64,000 nucleotides of DNA, from positions 148,862,001 through 148,926,000 of the forward strand of contig NC_086104.1 in the NCBI RefSeq assembly GCF_963921235.1, written 5' to 3'. The notes under the pieces were generated by a model, which was not told the origin of the DNA, made no database searches, and was given only the letters and a program-made list of their open reading frames with translations. Every line of letters begins with the position of its first letter. Position 1 is the stretch's first letter. Origin of the DNA: Mobula hypostoma. Lineage: Eukaryota. Of the stretch, positions 12,271-24,200 are shown one piece after another. The translations under genes were made by a program, and so were the position numbers.

Positions 12271-15200
12271 CTGTGAAGAAAAACACTCAGCTTAATAAAT
12301 CCACCAGTACATCATCTCTTCCTGTGCCCTCTATAGTAGTTCACAGTTCAAAGTAAATTTATTATCAAAGTACATATATGTCACAATATACAATCCTGCG
12401 ATTCATTTACTTTGAACTTTGAAGCTACTATAGAGGGCACAGGCATACTCAATAAATCCATAATTGACTAACAACTATGATAGTATCAATGAAAGATCAC
12501 AGCAACCAGCGTGCATAACATAAGAAACTGTGCAAATAGAAAAAGAAAGTAATAATAATAAATAGACAATAAATACCGAGAACATGAGATGAAGAGTCCA
12601 TAGATTGTGGGAACATTTCAATGATGAGACAAGTAAAGCTGGGTGAAGTAATTAGGTGTGTAAACCAAAGGGGAGCTTAAACTCTAAACATCACACTTAA
12701 CTGCAGCCTGCACCGTTCATCAGTAATTGCCTCTAAATGATTTGCAGATGTGGACAGCGGCTCCAAAAATTATTACCCACTCCTATTTTCCCTTAAGAAT
12801 TCAAATTTCAAAGTAAATTTGTTATCAAAGTACATATCTGTTACTATATTTTATCCTGAGATTCATTTTCTCATAGGCATTCACAGTAAAACAGAGAAAC
12901 ACAGTAAGATCAATGAATAACTGCACATAAAGACTTACAATTACTGTACAAAAGACAAACTGCAAATAAGAAACTAAACAAATAATACTGAGAATATGAG
13001 TGGGAGGGTTCATGAAAATGAGCCCATGGGCTGTGGAATCAGTTAAGTGTTGAGGTATGTGAGGTTCAGGAACCTAATGGTTGTAGGGCAATAATTATTC
13101 CTGAACCTGGTGGTGTAGGACCGAAGTCTCCTGTACCTCCCTCCAGATGGCAGCATGATCTAGATGGTGGAGGTATTCAATGACAGATGCTGCTTTTTTG
13201 TGGCAGCACTCCCCGTAGATGTGCCCAGTGGGGGAAGGACTTTGCTTGTGACGGACTGGGCTGTGTCCACCAGTAGTGAACCACTTCTTTGAACAGCCAT
13301 ATGCCTTCTGTTTAAGGTATTCCAGGAATGTCACTGAAGAAGAGTTAAAGGATTTAGCTCTTTAAACAAATGATAAGTTTCCAAGTCTAAGTGATGGGTG
13401 TTATTTTGGAGTGAAGCAAATGGCCGTGTCCCCATACGTCTGCTGCCTTGTCCCAAGTATCTGGAGATCTAGAAGATGCTGTTTCAGATAGCCCTGCTGA
13501 GTTGCTGTAGTATATTTTGAAACTGCCACCTCCTGCAGACAGATGCACACCAGCGCTGGGTGTGAATATTGTCAATAAGTGTTGGAGGAATTCAGCAAGT
13601 CAGGCAGCATCTATGGATAGGAACAGAAAGCCGACATTTTGGGCTGAGACCCTTCATCAGGACTGTGATATATATAAGGAGGAGGGTTGGGCATGAGGCT
13701 AGCAACCCATCCTATAAAAACCCAGAGCAACAGAAACACCAACAGACCTCAATCCTGGGGGAGGAAGGATCTTCAGCTAGAAGACATATGAAGTCGTGTG
13801 GTAAAAATAGAAACCACAGGGCCAAACATCCTTCTATCAGCCCAGGACTGAGGACTCTGGCTCTCTATTCCTCTCCATTGATGTTGTCAGTAGCCTATGT
13901 CCCAGTAAGGGTGATGGGCTTAAGAAAGCAAGCAAGTATAATCACTCGAGTTGAGTATTATAGACAACCCCTAAGGGTTGTCTATTGGTGGGTCCTCAGG
14001 TGGCTGTGGAGGCTGATCTGGGACCCATATATTCTGATGCAGTGTGGGCAAGAGTAATCGGTGGTTACGGTTAATGGTTGGGTATTTTGGTTTTTCAAGT
14101 CCTTCCTTTTGCATCTGCTCCTTATTCTCTGCGGCACAGCAGCAAAAGAGTTAATGTAGATGTTCTGTAATGATATTTATGAATGCCAAATAAGGTTCAA
14201 AGGGCCATACAATCTTTCACAGCTCCTGTCTCCGAAGTTCTCATCTTTAGCCACCAACTAATCCATACACACAAGTAAGTATTTCCCCATACGTGCTTTA
14301 GAGTACTAAGTATTCCAGTCACAATACACCTCAGCAACATTGTCTCATTTTATTCATCGTTGTGGTATTTCTTTTTCAACAAACAAGGTGTTGGATCCTA
14401 ACCATTGGGCTCAGACTGCTCTCTCCAATGTACACCTTGGGCTTCAAAAGGCAATGCCATCTTTAACATTGGTTTCCTATCTTTGAGGGCTTTTTTTTTG
14501 GAATAATGAACCCTGCCCTCCATCTCTTCTTTACCACTGACACCAAGAATATGTAGGAGCACTGGCATGCAATCACTCCAGTCGAGTATGATGTTCTCCT
14601 ATGGGGCTATCAAGGGTGGATTCCCGTAACTGGAGAATGTTTGTGTGTGACTTTGTTTAACATGGGGAGGCTAATGCACAGGAAACCACCAGCCGGTCCT
14701 TGACAGATTGGAGTCAGGGCTCAGTGGCATTGAATGCAAGATGATTGGGAACTCTTCACTGCTGTAGCATTCTTCCATCTTCACTGCCATTGTGATCTGC
14801 CATCACCTCTCGCCAGCTCTACCACTGAGGTCTTACTTGGATCCTCTGTGTCTGGAACTTCCCCCTTGACCTTACCACCATGGGTGACCCTATCAGGAGC
14901 TAGATTCCAGATGGCATTGCCCTCAGGAACTCACAATCCTCTCCATCACAGCAAGGTGATGATCCTCAGAGAAGCCAAGCATTTGTAACATTCTCCAGAC
15001 AGAAATACGATCCATGGACAATATTCTGGCATAAGTTCAACCCAAGTTAACTACACCCATTCCCAGCTGAACTACATTCATACCCAACACACTTCTACAT
15101 CAAAATGGATCATAGTTAGAAAAAAGAATGAGAGGATTGTCAAAAGCTGTTGCCGTAGTGACAAGTAATGGGAGAAGTCTTTACCTAGCAAGTACAATCC

Positions 15201-18200
15201 TTGTAGGTAAGATTTGTTAACTATTCATTTAGGGGGGCTGATTTGAGGGTAAACAACAGAACAAGTTTCTGAGTAATATATCATCATACATGTCTCAAAG
15301 ATTTGACTGGATCGTCTCACCTTGATTTTTTTCTGCTGGTTATTTTTTGAGAATTTGTTTCTCCATCTCTTCCTCTTACTGATGAAAGGATTAGCGATTC
15401 CTCTGAGTGTTTTTGGAACTAGTGGTATGAAAATACAATCATCAATAACTACTTCAACTACTGAAAAGATAATCAATTTCAACATTATAACAAGGTACCA
15501 GCAGCCAGAAAGAATAACCAAATAATGGTAGATATTATGACAGCCATTACATTCTTCACAAGATCCAGCCTTCATTTTCCAGCGATTGAAAAATGCAATC
15601 AAAGCCACTTCAAAGCATTAATGAGGGAGTCCTATACCGTGACTGCCTTTCAGATAAGGCCTAACACCAGGGCATCAACCGCCTTCTCAGGTGGACATAA
15701 AAGATTAATGTTATCAATCTCTAAGGATATTATGGCAAAAGAATGTGGCTAGGAGGGATAATAAAACAGCCATCAATGACTCGATGGGACGAATGGCCTA
15801 ACTGCTCCTGTGTCTTATGGTCTAACTACAGGGGAATTTTGTGTCCAAGCCAACCTTATTCCTTGAATCTTGAAACACACAAGTTAGGAGTAGACATCTC
15901 AGTCCCTCAAATCTACCTGCAAGGAGTTCTTTACGTTCTCCCTGCAACCGCGTGATTCCTCTTGGTGCTCTGGTTTCCTCCCAAAGTCCAAAGACGTTAC
16001 CAGTTGGTAGGTTAATTGGTCATTGTAAATTGTCCCATGATTAAACTAGGATTAAAATCAGGGGACTGCTGCGCAGCATGGCTTAAAAACCAGAAGGGCC
16101 TACTCAGCACTGTGTCTCAATTTTAAAAAATCTCCTCCACCATTTAGTAGCAAGGCTGACTTAACTCCGTATTCCCCTCCACCCAAGATAGAATTTCATC
16201 CCCTTATCATCTATCGAGTTCTGCTTTAAATGGACTCTACTTCCATGATCAACTGGAAAACAAGGTGTAACCTAATTAGCTACATCGTCAGCTGCTCCGG
16301 GCACAATGGGTTGAATGACCTCCTGTGTCCTAAATCTCCATGACTCTTTCATAGCGTGACAACAAGCTGTAATTTGGACAATCATATTCAAATCAGTGTT
16401 ATCCAGCCTAATCTGACCCATTAGCAGCAGGCTCATCGTACTGCTAGTATTGTAAAATATATAGGGTCACTACCTCTGCTATACCTTTAGGCAGTAAATC
16501 CCATTTTCTTTTCTCACCACTTTCTTTCATCATCTCCCTCTAACTCTTCCACAAATTATTTCACCCTCTTGTGCACTGCCTTCCAAGTCAAATAGTTAAT
16601 TTTCCATTTTTACTTCCCATTACTTGCCTTGAAGCTCAGCCACTTATTTCATGAAAGGATCTGGTAAAACAGAGTAGACAAGCCTCTTTTATTGCACCGA
16701 CACAAACTACATGTAAGTACAGAATACCACATGAATATTAACACGCACAAATTGCCGGTGGAACTCACAGATCAGGCTGCAACTATGGACAGGAATAAAC
16801 AGTCAATATTTTGGACCACTAGTTCATCAGGACACTAATTCCCTAAATTAATGGGATTAGGTGTGGTACATAGTGTGCAACATAGCTAAAATACTCAGGG
16901 AAACAAAGGCAACATACACTCAGTGGCCTCTTTATTAGGTACCTCCTGCATCTAACAAAGTAGCCATTCTGTGCATGTTCATGGTCTACTGCTGCTATAG
17001 CCCGTCCACTTCAAGATTCGACATGTTGTGTATTCAGAGATGCTCTTCTGCACATAATTGTTGTAATGCACGGTTATTTGAGGTACTGTCACCTTCCTGT
17101 CAGCTTAAACCAGTCTGGCCATTCTCCTCTGACTTCTCTCATTAACAAGGCATTTTCATCCATACAACTGCCCTCACTGGATGTTTACTGATCTTTGCAC
17201 CACTCTGTTAACTCTAGAGACTTGTGCACGAACATCTCAGGAGATCAGTAGTTTCTGAGAAACTCAAACCACCCCATTTGGCACCAACAATCATTCCGCA
17301 GTCAAAGTCACTTAGATCACATTTCTTCCCTACTCTGAGATTTACCCTGAACAACAACTAAGCCTCTCGACCTTGCTTTTATGTGCTGAGTTATTGCCAC
17401 ATGATTGGCTGATTAGATATATACATTAACAAGGTGTACAGGTGTACAAGTGACAAAGGAATACATGTTCAAAATAAAAAGAGCTGAAACGTTAATTTTG
17501 CTTCTCCTTCCACAGATACTAACAAATCTGTTGAGTATTTTCAGGATTTTCAGTTCTTTCCCCTGAATTCCAACATGTAGCTTTTCTAAAAATTTTCAAT
17601 TACAATTACAGACTCAACATTATATCCTTTAAATAAATATTCAGCCTGTTTTCCGATAGCTTTAAGTTGATCTTTCTTTCTAAAGAATTTGGTTCCTTTA
17701 AAGCAGGGGTCCCCAACCTTTTGCGCACCGCGGACTGGTTTAATACTGACGATATTCTTGCGGACTGGCCAACCGGGTGGCGGGGGGGCTGTTCAAGTTC
17801 AACAGTGTGTGACAGGGAATGAGGAAAGGCAGCTGACTCATATCATTTCATATCACCAAATCATATCGTTTCCGCACGGCCCGGTACCGGTCCACGGCCT
17901 GGTGGTTGGGGACCACTGCTTTAAAGAGCTGTGTCACTGGTTAGGAGACTCACTCAGGTAATCTGGTACGTTCTTCAAATGTGGCTTCACAATTGCCGGG
18001 TGGAGAGGTCTATCGTGTCGCAACAGCTGGAAGTCTCTAGGATTATCTTCAAAGTAGGTCTACAAAAGAATATAGGGTCACTGAAAAGGTATGACTAAGT
18101 CATAGTTTAACTTAAAAAATTGTACCTTCCTCTGTACAATAGACAATCGCTGCAGGAGTAGGCCATTCAGCCCTTTGAACCAGCACCGCCATTCACCGTG

Positions 18201-21200
18201 ATCATGGCTGATCATCCACAATCAGTATCCAGTTCCTGCCTTCTCCCCATATCTCTTCACTCCGCTATCTTTAAGAGCACTATCTAACTCTTTCTTGAAA
18301 GAATCCAGACAACTGGCCTCCACTGCCTTCTGAGGCAGAGCATTCCACAGAACCACAACCCTCTGTCTGAAAAAGTTTTTCCTCAACTCCGTTCTAAATG
18401 GTCTACCCCTTATTCTTAAACTATGGCCTCTGGTTCTGGACTCTCCCAACATCGGGAACATGATTCCTGCCTCTAGCGTGTCCAATCCCTTAATAATCTT
18501 CTATGTTTCAATCAGATCCCCTCTCATCCTTCTAAATTCCAGTGTATACAAGCCCAGTCGCTCCAATCTTTCAACATGTGACAGTCCCGCCATCCCGGGA
18601 ATTAACCTTGTGAACCTACGCTGCACTCCCTCAATAGCTAGAATGTCCTTCCTCAAATGTACTCTACATTGCCCATGGCCATCTTATAAAATTTGATGCC
18701 AGTTCACTAACGCAACAGAGGATGGGGGTCCTTAACTACTGGTTCACTATCATTCTAATAAAAGATTGAGCCTGATAGCTACTATTTCACTATCACTCTA
18801 ACAGAACATGGGGATCCCATAATTACTGGTTCACTAACACTCTCACAGAAGGTGGGGTCCGTAATTACTGGCTTACTAACACTAACAGAGGATGGGAGTT
18901 CCATAACTACTGGTCCACTAACACTCCTGCAGAGGATGGGGGCGGGTCCCATAACTATTGGTACACTAACACTCAAAAAGAGAATGGAGAGTCTCTTCTG
19001 CCTCACCTTCAATTTCTCAGAGTTGAGTAGTTCCTGTTTGATTTCTTTGAGCCGAGCTTCCTTAATTGACTGCTTTGTAACTGAACGCATGGCATCCTAA
19101 AAAGAGATTAAAATATTTAAATGTGAAAACTTGCCCCTTTGGTCTTTTGCCATTTCAGGGCATCCAAAGCATTTTCAGGCACGGAAACCTGTGAGATGTG
19201 ATCTTGTAGTGCAGCCAATAAGCACAGTTTACCCTCAACAATTAACATTGTCTGAATATCTGTGGAATTTATTCCCACATTTGGCTGCGGACACGAAGTC
19301 ATTGGGTATATTTAATTATTAAAGTAGTCAAATGTTATAAAGAGGCAGGAGTATGGCACTGAGGTGCAAAATAAATCAACCTTGATCAAATAGCGTAGCA
19401 GAATTGATGGGCTTAATGGCCTAATTCTGTTCTTATGTCTTATGGTCAAGATCTTATGGTAAAGATATTGCAAAGGATTGGGTGGCGGGGTGGAGATACA
19501 TCTCTACCAAAGGAGGTGTAAGGCGCTCCTTCCCTCCACTAGCTTGCAGGTCACCCTTGGGCAAGGTGTAGCACCTCCTTAGCCCTCCAAACAGGGTCAG
19601 CTGAAGCCATGGGAGCAGGTGATAGATGGTTGTATGAGCAGCTAGTGGATATCACAAGTCCTAGTTATATGACCACTGACTCCAGGCAGACAATCTCTGA
19701 AGAGTATTGATAATGGCTGGGGTCACCCACCTTGTTAAGACACTGTCCAGAAGAAGGCAATGGGAAACCATTTCTGTAGAAAGATTTGCCATGACCATGA
19801 TCGCCCATGTCGTACAACACGGTACATAAGGAATAAATAAATTGCAAAGGAGAGATGGCTATTGAGCAACAACACCAGGAATAACAGCACAGCTGTTCTT
19901 AGAAACAGTGCCACAGGGTTTCTTATGTCCATAAGGGCAGACGAGGCTTCATATTAATGTTGCAGCCAAAAATGTCGTCATCTAAAGTTCACCAAACACC
20001 ATGAAGTATCGATGTCAGTTTTTGTGCTCAGGACTCTGAAGTGGGACTTAAGCCTTCTGATTTACAGAGAAAAGTGTTGGCCACAACTTTCAGCCAAACC
20101 TCCGGACCCCTGTCAATGGAACTGAACAAATTGAATGGAACTGAAGATGCTTTCTGATCTGTAGCACTGATCATCAGGAACACATCCATTTCTCAGAGGC
20201 TCAGTACTTATAGTGAATGCCGCACTTTAGTGTACACAAGGGGAGAGCTTTGTCTTCACAATTTTCAAATTTATTTGCATTGAACATGAAAATATTACAC
20301 AAAGACAGACCCAAGAAAAACAGGTGCAACAGAATCAGGCAAGTTACACTCTGATCATCATACCTTACATCGGTAGCGGAAACCCTCAATCTCCTCGATG
20401 CGAAACCGGTAGGGTTTCAAAGCACAGTCCATGTTCTCTGTTGATATAAAGGAATTAGTATTAAATCTATTACTGAACAATTAAATCTATTCTGCTTCTG
20501 AGATCTTCTTCCTCAAGAGGACCATAGATGTTTTGGGTAATGGGCAGCAACAGAGACCACTGTTAAAATACTTGAGCTGCAATTTTCTACATCGGAAGTC
20601 TTGGGTTTTTGTTGCCATCTAGGGACAGATTTAATCCACTGATAAACAGCAAGAAAACCAAGCCATGAATTAAGTTCCACTTTACAGCACAGATAAAGTA
20701 CTTGGGAAACAAACAGTTTATTCATTTTAATAGAAGGACATCCCTTAGATCAGAGATAAGGAGGAATTTCTTTAATCAAAGGCTGGTGAATCTGTGGAAT
20801 TCAATGCCAGATGTCTGTGGAGGCCAAGTCATTGGGTGAATTTCAAGTTGATAGGTTCTCGATTAGTAAGGGTGCCAGAAGTTACAGGGAGAAGGCAGAT
20901 GAATGGGGTGAGAGGGATAATAAATCAGTCACAATGGAATGGCAGAGCAGACTCGATGGGCTGAGTGACCTAGTTCTACTCCAATGTCTTACGGCTTATT
21001 TTCTTTATAGTTTTACTTCACATTTGCTTTCAAAACCACTTTTTAGTGTTGGGAACAACCAACTGGAATGTGTGCTCAGCTACCATTTAGCGTAAATTGT
21101 AGAAAAGGGGAAAGCACTTTCAGTTAAGAAATTGGGTACAATTTCTAAATGAGAAAATCTGCCGATGCTGGAAATCCGAGCAACACACACAAAGTGCTGG

Positions 21201-24200
21201 AGTTACTCAGCAAGCCACGAAGCAGCTAGGAAGAGAGTACAGTCAACGTTTCAGGCAGAAACCCTTCAACAGGATGCCCGAAACATCAACTGGACTCTTT
21301 TCCGAGATGCTGCCTGGCCTGCTGAGTTCCTCCAGTGTTTTGTGTGTGTTGTGAGGGTATGAATTATGGTTATTTACTTTAACGCATGAACTGAATCACA
21401 ATGGAAATGTAAACGGGGTTTCAAGCTAAGATGCTGGGACTTGTTTGATTGCTGTCAGTGCATCTTTCAAGGGAGACAGGTTTCTGATCAAGCCTTCCAC
21501 TCAAACGTCAGAGAAATAAACCTCTGCTTTGGCCCAACTATGGGAAAGACTGAACAGGTCAGGACATTTTTCTCTGAAGCAAAGGGGAGATCTGACAGGG
21601 GTGTACAAAATTACGAGGGGCACGGACAAGCAGGTTTTTTCAGCTGAGGTTACATGAGACTAGAACTAGATAGAGATCAGAGGTTAAGCATGAAAGGTGA
21701 AATATTTAAGGGGAACTTCTTCACTCAGAAGGTGGGACATGTGGAACGAGCTGCCAGGGCAAGTGAGGGATGAGGGTTCCATTGCAATATTTAAGTTGTA
21801 TAAGTACACGGATGGGAAGGGGTATGGAAAGCTATGATCCAGGTGCGGTTGATGGTACTAGGCAGAATAATAGTTCAGGCTAGATGAGCTGAAGGGCCTG
21901 TTTCTGTGCTGTACTGTTCCATGACTCACAACCCAACAGCCAGGTCTAACCTCCAGTTAGTGCTTCTTCCACTTGTTGTAACAGCAGCAATTCCGTGTGC
22001 GACACAAAGGTCAGTGCTGTACCCTGGTTATCCACGCGAGCTGTTCTGTGGGAATAAGTGGAATTCAAATCCATTATCAACCTCAGCACGCATTTTAAAA
22101 AAACTGCTTTAATGTTCAGAAGCATTGGGCGGTTCATTTCAGTGACGGACAACTTGTTTTACACAAAGGCTAGCAGATAGTCAGAGGTCATTGAGGAATA
22201 CTATGTGGAAAACAGGCCTTTCAGCCCATTTCTCTATCTGAAACAAATTGTCTAACCAAGCTAGTCCCATTTGCCTGTTTTTGGCTAACATACCTTTAAT
22301 TCTTATCTACTCATATTCCTGTCCAAATATATCTTTTAAATGTCGTAATTATACCCTACTATATCACCTCCTTTGGCAACTCGTTCCTTTTACACATTAG
22401 CCTCTGTGTGAACAAATTGTCCCAGATTCCCTTTAAATCTTTCCCCTCTCACTTTGAACCTATGCCCTCTAGATTTGGACTCCCAACCATAGAGAAAAGA
22501 CTATTCACCATATCTATTGCCCCTCATGCTTTTCTAAACTGTAAGCTTGTTAGGGCATATTCTGGAGTTAACGTATACAGCAAATATGAAACTCAACAGC
22601 ACCATTCTTCAGATTTGAACGTGGATTGCAAACTGAATTTAAAATGCAGCTCAGAACAATGGGTTTCCTGGAACCGCAGGTTGGGGTCAATCACAAATAA
22701 AGAAACACTCCACTTGGACCTCAGACACCTGTATTTGCATAAATGCACCCCAGAGCCAGCGGGGATTAACATTCATTTTGGGTGTCTGGAGTGTGGGTGC
22801 AAAGGAGGGGTTTGAAAATTATATGTAATTCAAAGGAAGCATTGTAGATACATTATAACTGTAGCATTGTCCTGCCATTACCTTTGATCTTCAGCATTTA
22901 AAAATGTCACGTAATGTTGGGTTGACCAGGTCTCTCCTTCCAAGTGTATTGGATTAGGATTGTGCTATTTACTTTTGCAAAAAAAAACACTTCTATATTC
23001 ACTAGCTTCACTGGTTTTGTTCCCACCCCAAAAAAAGGCCACCCTCAGCCCCTATGCTCCAAGGAAAAATGTCCCAGCCTATCCAGTTTCTCCTTATAAA
23101 CCAAATCCTCTAGTTGCAGTAACAATCTCATCCTTTCTGCACGTTTTTCAGCTTAATGACAGCCAGTCAAACAGGAAGTACATACAACACACACACACAC
23201 ACACACAAAGTGCTGGAGGAACTCAGCAGGTCAGGCAGCATCTATGGAAATCAATACAGTCGAAGTTTCAGGCTGAGACTCTTCATCAAGACTGGAAAGG
23301 AAGCGGGAAGACGCTAGAATAAAAAGATGGGAGGAGGGGAAGGAGGACAGCTAGAAGGTGATAGGTGAAGCCAGATGAGTAGGAAGGGTTAAGGGCTGGA
23401 GAGCAAGGGATCTGATAGGAGAGGAGTGGACCGTAGGATAAAGGAAAGCAGGAAGGGACCCCGGAGGTGGTGATAGGCAGGTGAGAAGTAAGATTGCAGA
23501 GTAGGGAATAGAAGAGGAGGAGAGGAGAGGGGAGGGGAATTTTTTTTAATGGAAGGATAATTCGATCTTCATGCCCCTGCACCCTGAGGGTGGCCTCATC
23601 GTGGCACAAGAGGCAGCCAAGGACTGACATATCATAAGGGGAATTTGAATTAAAATGTTTGGCCACCAGGAAGTTCCACTTTTGGCAGATGGAGCAGAAG
23701 TGCTTGATAAAGCAGTCACCCAAATTACGACAGGTCTCACCAAGGTACACTGTACTCCAAATGTGGCCTTAACAAAATGACATTGCCACTCTTATACTCA
23801 ATGCCTTGACTGATGAAGGCTAGTATGCAAAATGTCTTCCTCATCAACCTGTCCACCATCAGGAAACTACGTACTTGTCAATCTGTGTGTGCTACAACAT
23901 TTCCCAGGACCCCTACCCTGATACGCCTTACCAAATTTCAACACTTTACATTTACCTGAATTAAACTCTATCTGCTATTCCTTGACCCACTGACCTAGTT
24001 GGTTAAGTTCCCTAGGTAATTTTAGATAACTACAGGCCACAGCTGGGAAGAAAATGAGAAGGGATTTAGGCCTTTCAACATTCCAAAGGTTTCAATGAGA
24101 TCTCCCTTCATCGTTCTAAATTCCAGCACATACAGACCCACAGCTATCAAACGTTCCTCGTGTGATAACCCTTTCATTTCCGAAGGTTCACAAGGATGAT

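Noticed and set aside
18698-18990. CRISPR-like repeat array
   Set aside because: Contiguous diverged tandem units without unique spacers, in a vertebrate intron.
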